A DNA stretch of 64,000 nt from Candidatus Omnitrophota bacterium (GTDB taxonomy: Bacteria > Omnitrophota > Gorgyraeia > JAGLLT01), in NCBI GenBank assembly GCA_030632085.1, contig DAOVJY010000002.1, positions 77,325 through 141,324 on the forward strand. Direction: 5' to 3'. The notes under the pieces were generated by a model. That model searched no databases, was not told where the DNA came from, and saw only the letters and a program-made list of their open reading frames with translations. Both the position numbers and the translations under genes were made by a program. The stretch's first letter is position 1. Each line of letters opens with the position of its first letter. Of this stretch, positions 45,147-54,120 are shown piece after piece.

Positions 45147-48100
45147 ATGCCAAGAAGAGACGACCTTAAAAAAATATTGATTATCGGTTCCGGCCCTATT
45201 GTAATCGGGCAGGCATGCGAATTTGATTATTCAGGATCTCAGGCCTGCAAAGTTTTAAAAGAGGAAGGATATAAAATAATTTTAATTAACTCAAATCCGG
45301 CTACTATTATGACCGATCCGCAGATGGCTGATAAAACTTATATTGAACCCATTACTCCCGAAGTTATAACTGAAATTATTAAAAAAGAAAGGCCCGACGC
45401 CTTACTTCCTACGCTAGGAGGGCAAACAGGGCTTAATATGGCCTATTTTTTAGATAAGATGGGGGTTTTGAAAAAATATTCAGTAGAAGTCCTCGGCGCT
45501 AATATTGACGCTATCGCCAAGGCGGAGGATAGGGATATTTTTAAAAAGACTATGAAGTCCATAGGTGTTAAAGTTCCCAAAAGCGGTATTGCCCGCTCAA
45601 TTGAGGAAGGTTTTAAGCTGGCTAAAAAAATCGGATTTCCTTTATTATTGAGGCCGGCTTTTTGTTTAGGCGGAGCCGGGGCCGCGTGTGTTTATAACTC
45701 CGAAGAGTTGGAAGCGGCTTTGCAGCTTGCAATTGATACTTCTCCCATAAAAGAGGTTTTAGTGGAAGAGTCTGTGTTAGGGTGGAAAGAAATAGAATTT
45801 GAAGCTATGAGAGACTGTGAAGATAATATTGTTATTGTTTGCTCAATGGAAAATATTGACCCCATGGGGGTGCACACCGGAGATAGCATGGTTGTAGCTC
45901 CGGCTCAAACTATAACAGCTAAAGAATGTGCCAAGTTAGTTGAAGATTCAAAAAAAGTAATTAGAGCTGTTAATATTACCGGAGGAGGTATGAATTTACA
46001 GTACGGTGTAAATCCGGATAATGGAAAGTCGGTAATTATTGAAATAAATCCGAGGGTTTCGCGTTCATCCGCCCTGGCTTCAAAGGCCACAGGCTTTCCT
46101 ATAGCCAGAGTAGCCACAAAATTAGCTGTGGGTTATACCCTGGATGAAGTTGTAAATGATGTTACGGGCAATACTACAGCTTTCTTTGAGCCCTCAATTG
46201 ATTATTGTGTTTTTAAAATGCCCCGTTTTACTTTTGAAAAATTTCAGAAGGCGGACTGGTCGCTAGGTATATCCATGAAAGCTGTGGGTGAATCTATGTC
46301 CATCGGCAGAAACTTTAAAGAAGCTCTTCAAAAGGGTTTAAGGTCATTAGAAACCGGCCGTTACGGCTTGGGAGCTGACGGTAAAGATGTTTTGGATAAA
46401 AACTTATCAAAGAAAGAAAAAATAGAAGAAATAAAAGAAAAACTTAAAATAGCTAACGCGGATAGAATTTTCTACGTAAAAGAAGCCTTTAATCATGGTT
46501 TGGATATTGACGCGATATATGAACTATCTAAAATAACTAAATGGTTTCTAAGTAATATTAAAGAATTAGTTGATTTAGAGAAGAAAATAAAATCCGGTAA
46601 ATGCTCTAAAGAGGTTTTAATAAAAACTAAAGAATTCGGTTATAGCGATGTTCAGTTAGCTCACATGTTAAAAAAGAGCCTAAAGCAAGTCAGATTCTTG
46701 AGGAAAAAGTTGATAAAACCTGTTTATAAACTGGTTGATACCTGCGCGGGTGAATTTAATTCATCCAGGCCTTATTTTTATTCATCTTATGGAGAAAAAG
46801 ATGAAAGTAGAGCCACTAAAGCTAAAAAAGTTATTATTTTAGGCGGTGGGCCAAATAGGATAGGGCAAGGTATTGAATTTGATTACTGTTGTTGTCACGC
46901 GGCCTATGCTTTAAAAGAAATTGGCTATGAGTCGGTAATCATTAATTCAAATCCGGAAACCGTATCAACCGATTATGATACTTCAGATAGGCTTTACTTT
47001 GAACCTCTTACGCTGGAGGATGTTCTTAATGTTATCGATAAAGAGAAGCCTTATGGAGTTATAGTTCAATTAGGAGGGCAGACGCCTCTAAATATTTCTA
47101 AAGAACTGGAAGCGGCGGGCGTAAAAATATTGGGTACATCTGCCGATAAGATTGATATCGCCGAAGATAGAGATCGTTTCAAAAAATTACTTCATAAGTT
47201 AAAATTAAAGCAACCCAATAACGCGACCGCGACAAATTTAAGAGAAGCCCAGAAAATAGCATCAAAAATTGGATATCCGGTAGTCGTTAGGCCTTCATAT
47301 GTTTTAGGCGGCAGGGCGATGGAAATTGTCTATGATGAGGCATCATTAGAACGCTATATGAGAGAGGCGGTAATAGCTTCAAGTGAACATCCGATATTAA
47401 TAGATAAGTTTTTGGAAGATGCTATTGAGGTTGATGTTGATATGATTTCAGACGGTAAGACGCAGGTTGTTGGCGGTATTATGGAACATATAGAAGAGGC
47501 CGGTGTCCATTCGGGAGATAGCGCGATGGTTTTACCGCCATTCAGCCTTAAGAAAGAGTTAGTGGACAAAATAAAAGATTACTCTCATAAACTAGCCAAG
47601 GAACTTAAGGTTATAGGACTTATGAATGTGCAGTATGCCATAAAGAATGATGAGATATATATTCTGGAGGTTAATCCCAGGGCATCCAGAACAATACCCT
47701 TTATATCTAAGTCTATAGGTATACCATTAGCTAAACTGGCCACTAAGGTTATGGTTGGGATGAGTTTAAAGGAGTTAGGTTTTACTAAGGATATAACCCC
47801 CAAACACATAAGCGTAAAAGAGTCTGTTTTTCCTTTTATGAGATTTCCGGGGGTAGACATTATTCTTGGGCCGGAAATGAAGTCTACCGGTGAAGTTATG
47901 GGTATTGATTATGATTTCGGCAAAGCATTTATAAAGTCTCAGATAGCAGCCGGTCAAATCCTGCCTAAAAAAGGTAGAGTCTTTATAAGCGTGAAAGATA
48001 AAGATAAAAATAAAATTATTGACGCCGCAAAAAAACTTCAGAAGCTGGGCTTTAAGCTTATAGCTACGAAAGGAACTGCTGTGAGCCTTAAAGAAGCCGG

Positions 48101-48371
48101 GGTAAAAGTAAAAAAGGTTTATAAACTTCATGAAGGCAGGCCCCATATAGTCGATTTAATTAAAAGCGATGAAATAAATTTAGTAATTAATACTCCTAGC
48201 GGCAAAGGGCCCAAAGAAGATGAGATAAAAATCAGGACTAGCGCTTTGTTGCATAAAATTCCCGTGATTACAACTGTACCGGGAGCAATAGCGTCAGTCA
48301 GCGGTATTGAGGCGCTAAAAAAAGGTAAGTTAAAAATAAAAGCACTACAAGATTATAATAAAGAGATATAA
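45147..48371 (+). CDS. carB: Carbamoyl-phosphate synthase large subunit
   Basis: 1074 aa with duplicated ATP-grasp halves, an oligomerisation domain and a C-terminal MGS-like domain. Confidence 0.95.
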   Translation: MPRRDDLKKILIIGSGPIVIGQACEFDYSGSQACKVLKEEGYKIILINSNPATIMTDPQMADKTYIEPITPEVITEIIKKERPDALLPTLGGQTGLNMAYFLDKMGVLKKYSVEVLGANIDAIAKAEDRDIFKKTMKSIGVKVPKSGIARSIEEGFKLAKKIGFPLLLRPAFCLGGAGAACVYNSEELEAALQLAIDTSPIKEVLVEESVLGWKEIEFEAMRDCEDNIVIVCSMENIDPMGVHTGDSMVVAPAQTITAKECAKLVEDSKKVIRAVNITGGGMNLQYGVNPDNGKSVIIEINPRVSRSSALASKATGFPIARVATKLAVGYTLDEVVNDVTGNTTAFFEPSIDYCVFKMPRFTFEKFQKADWSLGISMKAVGESMSIGRNFKEALQKGLRSLETGRYGLGADGKDVLDKNLSKKEKIEEIKEKLKIANADRIFYVKEAFNHGLDIDAIYELSKITKWFLSNIKELVDLEKKIKSGKCSKEVLIKTKEFGYSDVQLAHMLKKSLKQVRFLRKKLIKPVYKLVDTCAGEFNSSRPYFYSSYGEKDESRATKAKKVIILGGGPNRIGQGIEFDYCCCHAAYALKEIGYESVIINSNPETVSTDYDTSDRLYFEPLTLEDVLNVIDKEKPYGVIVQLGGQTPLNISKELEAAGVKILGTSADKIDIAEDRDRFKKLLHKLKLKQPNNATATNLREAQKIASKIGYPVVVRPSYVLGGRAMEIVYDEASLERYMREAVIASSEHPILIDKFLEDAIEVDVDMISDGKTQVVGGIMEHIEEAGVHSGDSAMVLPPFSLKKELVDKIKDYSHKLAKELKVIGLMNVQYAIKNDEIYILEVNPRASRTIPFISKSIGIPLAKLATKVMVGMSLKELGFTKDITPKHISVKESVFPFMRFPGVDIILGPEMKSTGEVMGIDYDFGKAFIKSQIAAGQILPKKGRVFISVKDKDKNKIIDAAKKLQKLGFKLIATKGTAVSLKEAGVKVKKVYKLHEGRPHIVDLIKSDEINLVINTPSGKGPKEDEIKIRTSALLHKIPVITTVPGAIASVSGIEALKKGKLKIKALQDYNKEI

Positions 48372-48372
48372 T

Positions 48373-49152
48373 ATGTATCAAGAAAAAGCCACGGTTTTAG
48401 AAAATAAAAAAATAACTTCTCAGTGCTACATGTTACAGCTTCGCGCGAAGAATATTGCCAGAGAGGCTCAGCCGGGGCAGTTTCTTCATATTAGAATTTC
48501 TAATAAGAACCAAAAACCTTTTCTAAGAAGGCCTTTCGCGGTACATAACACGGAAAATAAAAATGAATTCAGTCTTCTTTATAAGATGCGGGGAGAGACG
48601 ACTAAATTGATGCGCGAACTTAAAAAAGGTGATAAAATTGATGTTATCGGCCCCTTGGGTTCCGGTTTTAATCCTTCTCATGAGGCACAAAAATATGTTT
48701 TAGTTGCCGGAGGCATTGGTTTGGCACCTTTATTTTTTCTGGCGAAAAAACTTGCAGATGATAAAAAAGAAGTTATCTTTGTCTGTGGAGCCGGAACAAA
48801 AAATGAATTGCTTTGCGCAAAAGAACTATCACAAATAAAAATAAAACCTGTCTTGGCAACCGATGACGGTTCGCGAGGAATAAAAGGGAGTGTTAACGAT
48901 TTGTTAAATAATTATTTGACTAAAAACAGAAAAGATAAAATTGAGGTGTTTGCCGCGGGCCCCGGAATGATGCTAAAGGAAGCGGCTCGAATTTGTAAAA
49001 AAGCCGGAGTGCGCCTGGAAGTCAGTATGGATGAGATTATGGCTTGCGGCGTGGGAGTTTGTTTGGGTTGCGCGGTAAAAACTAAAAACGGTTATAAGCT
49101 GGCCTGTAAAGATGGGCCTGTCTTTAAAGCAGAGGATATCGTATGGGCGTAG
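48373..49152 (+). CDS. pyrK: Dihydroorotate dehydrogenase electron-transfer subunit
   Basis: FAD/NAD-binding fold and C-terminal 2Fe-2S motif CGVGVCLGCAV. Confidence 0.85.
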   Translation: MYQEKATVLENKKITSQCYMLQLRAKNIAREAQPGQFLHIRISNKNQKPFLRRPFAVHNTENKNEFSLLYKMRGETTKLMRELKKGDKIDVIGPLGSGFNPSHEAQKYVLVAGGIGLAPLFFLAKKLADDKKEVIFVCGAGTKNELLCAKELSQIKIKPVLATDDGSRGIKGSVNDLLNNYLTKNRKDKIEVFAAGPGMMLKEAARICKKAGVRLEVSMDEIMACGVGVCLGCAVKTKNGYKLACKDGPVFKAEDIVWA

Positions 49153-50057
49153 ACTTAGCGGTAAAAATCGGTAAATTAACACTTAAAAATCCGGTAATGG
49201 TTTCCTCGGGGACATTTGGTTGCGGTGAGCAATACGAGGAGTTGGTTGACTTAAAAGAACTGGGAGCTATCACAACCAAGACAATTACTTTACGAGAAAG
49301 AGAAGGTAATAAGCCTCCGAGGATAGCTGAGACTTATGCCGGCATGTTAAATGCTATTGGATTGGAGAATAAAGGTTTGAATTATTTCTGTGATACTACC
49401 CTTAAATATTTGAATTCTATTAAGACACCGTACATTGTTAGTGTTGCCGGAGAAGAAGAAAAGGATTACAGTAAATTGATAAAAGCGCTTGATAAGTTAA
49501 ATATTGAAGCTATAGAGCTTAATATATCCTGTCCGAATGTCAAATCAAAGAAAAAACGCATGTTTTCTCAGGATGCTCAAGATACATTTAAACTGGTTTC
49601 CAAGGTAAGAAAATTAACCAAGGCGACATTAATCGTTAAACTTTCACCTAATGTAACCGATATTAAAGAAATAGCTTTAGCTGCCCAGGACGCGGGAGCC
49701 GAAGCGGTTTCTTTAGTTAATACTTTTTTAGGAATGGCCATTGATGTTCATAGCAGAAAACCTAAATTAGGTAATATTACCGGCGGACTAAGCGGCCCGG
49801 CCATAAAACCTCTCGCGCTGCGAATGGTTTATGAAGCGGCAAATTGTTTGAAGATTCCGGTTATTGGCCAGGGTGGTATAATGTCACCTGAAGACGGTTT
49901 AGAATTTATTTTAGCAGGTGCCACGGCAATATCAATTGGTACGGCAAATTTTATTGAGCCGCAAAGCGCTATCTTAATTAAAAAAGGTATTGAAAAATAT
50001 TTAATAAAGAATAAAATAAAAAGTATAAAACAATTACGTGGCACCATTATCAGCTAA
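49143..50057 (+). CDS. pyrD: Dihydroorotate dehydrogenase catalytic subunit (class 1B)
   Basis: NPVMVSSGTFG, ITTKTIT and NISCPN motifs. Confidence 0.9.
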   Translation: MGVDLAVKIGKLTLKNPVMVSSGTFGCGEQYEELVDLKELGAITTKTITLREREGNKPPRIAETYAGMLNAIGLENKGLNYFCDTTLKYLNSIKTPYIVSVAGEEEKDYSKLIKALDKLNIEAIELNISCPNVKSKKKRMFSQDAQDTFKLVSKVRKLTKATLIVKLSPNVTDIKEIALAAQDAGAEAVSLVNTFLGMAIDVHSRKPKLGNITGGLSGPAIKPLALRMVYEAANCLKIPVIGQGGIMSPEDGLEFILAGATAISIGTANFIEPQSAILIKKGIEKYLIKNKIKSIKQLRGTIIS

Positions 50058-50263
50058 CAGCAAAGAGATAAGGGCTAATAGCTGATGGCTGATGGCTGAT
50101 GGCAAAGAGCAAAAAAACAAAACAAAAGAGCAAAAAAACAAACAAGAAACAAAACACAAGTACAAAGTCACAAGTTATACCCTTGCAGGGCACAGGCAAG
50201 ACACAAGCAAAAAACAAAAAAAACAAGATACAAGTACAAAGACATAAGTTGGAAGAGGGAGAA
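50058..50263 (+). repeat. A/C-rich T-depleted modular intergenic spacer
   Basis: TCAGCTAACAG, (GCTGATG)x3, AAAGAGCAAAAAAACAAA x2, CAAGTACAAAG x2 and the motif TTATACCCTTGCAGGGCACAGGCAAG. It lies between pyrD and pyrF. Confidence 0.7.
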
Positions 50264-50989
50264 ATGAAAGAAAAATCAAAAATAATATTGGCTTTAGATG
50301 TAGATACCTTAAAAGAAGCGCAAAGCATTATTAAGGATACAAAAAAGTATATAGATATATACAAGGTCGGCCCGCACTTATTTACGAAATACGGCCCTCA
50401 GATTATTAAACTTATTCGTAAAAGTAAAAAAGAAGTTTTTTTAGATTTAAAGCTGCATGACATTCCCAATACGGTTGCGAGTTCCGTGAAGCAGATAACC
50501 CGTTTAAAGGTTTACATGCTTACTTTGCATACTTCAGGCGGCCTTAAGATGCTTCGTGAAGCTAAAAAGGCGGCCGTAAGTGAAGCAAAGAAATTAAAAT
50601 TAAGAACTCCCATACTTTTAGGAGTAACCGTTTTATCCAGTTTCCAAAAGAAAGATTTAAAACAAATAAATATAAATTTAACAATTAAGGAGCAGGTTTT
50701 ATCGTTATTTAATTTGGCCCAGCGGGCTAATCTCGGTGGAGTTGTTTTATCCGCCAAAGAATTAAGTTATATTAATAAAATTAAAAAAAAGAAGTTGCTC
50801 AGAGTTGTTCCGGGTATCAGGCCAAGAGGGTGCAAAAAAGATGACCAGAAACGTACAATGGCTCCCAATGAAGCAGTCCGACAGGGTGCTGACTTTTTGG
50901 TTATAGGCCGGCCGATAATAAAGGCGCCTTCGGTAAAAAAAGCGGCTATGGCTATTTCGAAGGAGATTAACGGGGATTATGACAAATAA
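50264..50989 (+). CDS. pyrF: Orotidine 5'-phosphate decarboxylase
   Basis: KIILALDV and DLKLHDIPNTV motifs. ATG 50264 with SD GGAAGAGGGAG is preferred; the upstream K/Q-rich extension in the ORF track is a translation of the spacer. Confidence 0.85.
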   Translation: MKEKSKIILALDVDTLKEAQSIIKDTKKYIDIYKVGPHLFTKYGPQIIKLIRKSKKEVFLDLKLHDIPNTVASSVKQITRLKVYMLTLHTSGGLKMLREAKKAAVSEAKKLKLRTPILLGVTVLSSFQKKDLKQININLTIKEQVLSLFNLAQRANLGGVVLSAKELSYINKIKKKKLLRVVPGIRPRGCKKDDQKRTMAPNEAVRQGADFLVIGRPIIKAPSVKKAAMAISKEINGDYDK

Positions 50990-51557
50990 AGAGATTTTAA
51001 ATATATTTAAAAGATGTAATGCTTTAAAAGAAGGCCATTTTTTATTAACTTCGGGTTTACATTCCGGCGTTTACTTTCAAAAAAACCTTGTACTTCAGTA
51101 TCCTGATATAACAAAAAAACTTGCCAAAGAGCTGGCTGTAAAAGTTAAGAAGCGCGAGATAGATGTTGTTTTGTCACCGGCGGTGGGAGCTATAGTTCTG
51201 GGATATCAAGTAGCTTCTATTTTAAAATGTAAATTTTTATTTGCCGAAAGGCAAAAGAATAAGCTTTGCTTAAGAAGAGGTTTTACTTTACCTCAAAAAA
51301 GCAGGGTACTTATTGTTGAAGATATTATTACTACCGGAGGCTCAGTCCGGGAATTGGTCAAGTTGGTTAGTAAAGCCAAGGCCAAGCTTATAGGTGTCGC
51401 TTGTTTAGTGGATAGAAGCCGGGATAAGGCCAGATTCAATAAAATGAAACCCAAGAGCTTGCTTAAGATGAACGTAAAAAATTACCAGCCTTCAAAATGC
51501 CCCTTCTGTAAAAAAGGCCTTGAGCTTTCTAAACCGGGCAGCAGGAATTTTAAATAA
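50979..51557 (+). CDS. pyrE: Orotate phosphoribosyltransferase
   Basis: PRPP-binding motif VLIVEDIITTGGS. Confidence 0.85.
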   Translation: MTNKEILNIFKRCNALKEGHFLLTSGLHSGVYFQKNLVLQYPDITKKLAKELAVKVKKREIDVVLSPAVGAIVLGYQVASILKCKFLFAERQKNKLCLRRGFTLPQKSRVLIVEDIITTGGSVRELVKLVSKAKAKLIGVACLVDRSRDKARFNKMKPKSLLKMNVKNYQPSKCPFCKKGLELSKPGSRNFK

Positions 51558-51593
51558 ATAAACTACCCGATTATTCATAAATCTAATCACTTG

Positions 51594-51621
51594 ACAGACT
51601 TATCTTACCTTGTATAATGAA
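51594..51621 (+). promoter_or_regulatory. Sigma-70 promoter TTGACA-N16-TATAAT upstream of the yicC leader
   Basis: -35 at 51594-51599 and -10 at 51616-51621; it predicts a ~175-nt 5' leader. Confidence 0.55.
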
Positions 51622-51625
51622 ACCA

Positions 51626-51800
51626 AGACAAGAACAGGATTAAGGATTAAGGATTAAGTTAGAAGCAGGATTTGGACACAGAATTAAGTAAAAGCAACTT
51701 AATTCTTAAAGCGAATAAAATGAGCGTCTTAATTCTTAGAGTGAGCGAACGCGAACGTCTTGATATATAAGAAGTATAATACAAGAATAAAGGAAATATA
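51626..51800 (+). repeat. GGA-repeat / inverted-repeat structured leader (modular spacer family)
   Basis: CAGGATTAAGGATTAAGGATTAAG...AGCAGGATTTGGACACAG gives five GGA motifs in about 45 nt. A perfect 10-bp hairpin AGAATTAAGT-N7-ACTTAATTCT follows. Downstream are two inverted partial copies, CTTAATTCTTA(A/G)AG, and a ~40-nt module shared with the thrS leader. Confidence 0.7.
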
Positions 51801-52676
51801 ATGTTAAAAAGTATGACCGGATACGGATTAGGCAAAAGTTCTTTCGCTTTCGGTTTAATGACCATAGAGGCCAAATCTTTAAATTATCGTTATCTTGAAG
51901 TCATTGTCCGCTTACCCGAAGAGATCAGCCACTTTGAAAAAAAGATTAAGGAACTCGTCAAGCAGAAAATAAATAGAGGCAGGGTGAGCATTGTAGTTAA
52001 TATTGAAAATAAGGATGAGTCTAATTATAAGCTTAAAATAAACAAAAAACTCATTAAGTCATATTATAACACGCTAAAAGACATAAAAAGAGAATTTAAA
52101 CTCAAGGATAATCTCACCCTCGCTGAAATATTAAAATGCCCCGACATTATTACTATTGAAAAGAAGAGCCATCCGGATTTTAAAAAATGGAATAAGGCCA
52201 AAAGGGCTTTTGATGAATGTACTAAAGATTTGCTTAAAAGTCGAAAAACTGAGGGCAAATTTATTTTTAAAGATCTCAATACACGCGCTAAGAATATCGC
52301 GAATCTTCTTATAAAGATTAAAAAACGCCTACCTCTGGTTATAAAGGATCAGCGCGACCGTTATCTGAAGAAAGTTGCGGCTGCCGGAACAACAGGCACA
52401 AAGGCAAAGAACAATAATAGTGAATTTTACGCGTTAGCTCAGAGTTATGATATTAGCGAGGAGATTACTCGAATTAACGCGCATGTTAAAACTTTAAAAA
52501 AGTCAATGACCGAGGATAGTGAGGTGGGAAAGAAATTAGACTTCATTGCCCAGGAATTAGTCAGAGAGGCTAATACAGTCGCGGCTAAGACGCAGGATTA
52601 TTGTATTTCAAGCAGTGTTATTGAAATTAAAGCTGAAATTGAAAAGATTAGAGAACAAGTTCAGAATGTAGAATGA
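51801..52676 (+). CDS. yicC: YicC-family protein (stress-induced, RNase-like; YicC_N + DUF1732)
   Basis: N-terminus MLKSMTGYGLGKSS; 291 aa; conserved position upstream of gmk-rpoZ. Confidence 0.8.
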   Translation: MLKSMTGYGLGKSSFAFGLMTIEAKSLNYRYLEVIVRLPEEISHFEKKIKELVKQKINRGRVSIVVNIENKDESNYKLKINKKLIKSYYNTLKDIKREFKLKDNLTLAEILKCPDIITIEKKSHPDFKKWNKAKRAFDECTKDLLKSRKTEGKFIFKDLNTRAKNIANLLIKIKKRLPLVIKDQRDRYLKKVAAAGTTGTKAKNNNSEFYALAQSYDISEEITRINAHVKTLKKSMTEDSEVGKKLDFIAQELVREANTVAAKTQDYCISSSVIEIKAEIEKIREQVQNVE

Positions 52677-52793
52677 GCAAAAAGGATTAAGAATTAAGGA
52701 TTAAGGATTAAGTTAAAAGCAGGAAACAAGAGCTAAGAGCAAAAAAACAAAAACAAAAAGCGAAGAGCTGAGAAATAATGACCAAATATATCT
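52677..52793 (+). repeat. A/C-rich modular spacer with GGA repeats
   Basis: AAAAAGGATTAAGAATTAAGGATTAAGGATTAAG...AGAGCTAAGAGCAAAAAAACAAAAACAAAAAGCGAAGAGC. Confidence 0.7.
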
Positions 52794-53363
52794 ATGATGA
52801 GAGACGGTAAACTTTTTATTATATCGGCTCCTTCGGGAGCGGGTAAGACAACTCTTGAGAAGATGCTTTTGAGTTCCGAGTTAGGCCTGATTAAGTCGGT
52901 TTCGACTACGACACGCGCGCCAAGAGCGGCGGAAGAAAATCATAAAGATTATATTTTTCTTACCAAGGATGAATTTGTAAAGCAAAGAGACGAGGGTAAA
53001 TTTCTTGAATGGGCTGAAGTTTTTGGTAATTTTTACGGGACACCAAAGTCCAAAGTTATCAATGCCATAAAAAAAGGCAAAAATGTAGTTTTAAGTATTG
53101 ATGTGCGGGGGGCCGAGCAGGTAAAAAAGATATTTCCGGAGGCTATTTTAATTTTTATCAACACCTCCAGCCTCAATATTTTAAAAGGGCGGCTTAAGAG
53201 AAGGTTAACGGACTCTGATGAAGAGATTAATAAAAGATTAGAAGTAGCTAATAATGAAATTGCAAAATTAGGTATGTATGATTATACAATTATAAATGAT
53301 GATTTAGCTACCGCGTTTGGTGAACTAAAAAATGTAATTAAAAAACGTTTAGAGAAGGAGTAA
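52794..53363 (+). CDS. gmk: Guanylate kinase
   Basis: P-loop ISAPSGAGKTTL. Confidence 0.9.
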   Translation: MMRDGKLFIISAPSGAGKTTLEKMLLSSELGLIKSVSTTTRAPRAAEENHKDYIFLTKDEFVKQRDEGKFLEWAEVFGNFYGTPKSKVINAIKKGKNVVLSIDVRGAEQVKKIFPEAILIFINTSSLNILKGRLKRRLTDSDEEINKRLEVANNEIAKLGMYDYTIINDDLATAFGELKNVIKKRLEKE

Positions 53364-53365
53364 AG

Positions 53366-53560
53366 ATGGTAGATGTTCCGGTTGAAGAGCTCATAAAAAA
53401 AACCAACAGCCTTTTTAAATTAGTTAATCTTGCCTCGAGGAGAGCCTTGCAGTTAAATGAAGGAGCTCCGCCTTTAATTGAGGATGATAATCATCAGGCA
53501 AAGTACGCTACTATTGCCTTAGAAGAAATTTTAGCCGGTAAAATAATTTATAAGAAATAG
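53366..53560 (+). CDS. rpoZ: RNA polymerase omega subunit
   Basis: LVNLASRRALQLNEGAPP. Confidence 0.85.
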   Translation: MVDVPVEELIKKTNSLFKLVNLASRRALQLNEGAPPLIEDDNHQAKYATIALEEILAGKIIYKK

Positions 53561-53582
53561 TTTTTCCAGAGGTATATTTATT

Positions 53583-54119
53583 GTGAATAAGAAAAATAAT
53601 ATAATTGTCGGTATTTGCGGCGGTATAGCTATTTACAAAACATGTGAATTAGTCCGCCTTTTAAAGAAAAATAATTTTAATGTAATTTGCCTGATGACCC
53701 GGGAAGCAACCATGCTTATTCAGCCGGAGTTATTTAGTTTCCTTTCTCAAAACAGGGTTTACACGGATATTTTTTCAGCTAACGATAATTATGATCCTAA
53801 TCATATCAAATTAGCTAATTGGGCCGATAAAATGGTTATAGTTCCGGCAACGGCTCATATGATAGCTAAATTGCGAGCGGGTTTGTGTGATGATATTGTT
53901 TCCCTAAGCGTTTTATCAACTAAGGCAAAAGTGTTTATTTGTCCCGCTATGCATGAAGATATGTACAAAAAGAAGATTGTCTCTGAAAATATAACCGCGC
54001 TCAAAAAAAGAGGTTATAAATTTTCAGGCCCCATAAGAGGCAAACTTCTGAATCAAAAATTAGCCATGGGGCATCTGCAGGAAGTTAACCAAATTTTTAA
54101 AAGTCTTAAGCAGCTTTAA
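53583..54119 (+). CDS. coaC: Phosphopantothenoylcysteine decarboxylase (stand-alone flavoprotein)
   Basis: IIVGICGGIAIYKTCELVRLL; 178 aa with GTG start. Confidence 0.85.
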   Translation: MNKKNNIIVGICGGIAIYKTCELVRLLKKNNFNVICLMTREATMLIQPELFSFLSQNRVYTDIFSANDNYDPNHIKLANWADKMVIVPATAHMIAKLRAGLCDDIVSLSVLSTKAKVFICPAMHEDMYKKKIVSENITALKKRGYKFSGPIRGKLLNQKLAMGHLQEVNQIFKSLKQL

Positions 54120-54120
54120 T

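Noticed and set aside
50083-50105. Short tandem (GCTGATG)x3 and other periodic words, considered as a possible CRISPR or minisatellite
   Set aside because: There are no repeat-spacer units of CRISPR size and no cas genes. The periodicity is 7 nt over only about 23 nt and is part of the spacer word vocabulary.
50099-50263. K/Q/T/N-rich N-terminal extension of pyrF in the ORF track (MAKSKKTKQKSKKTNKKQ...)
   Set aside because: It is a translation of the A/C-rich modular spacer. A proper SD (GGAAGAGGGAG) and ATG at 50264 give the canonical PyrF N-terminus KIILALDV.
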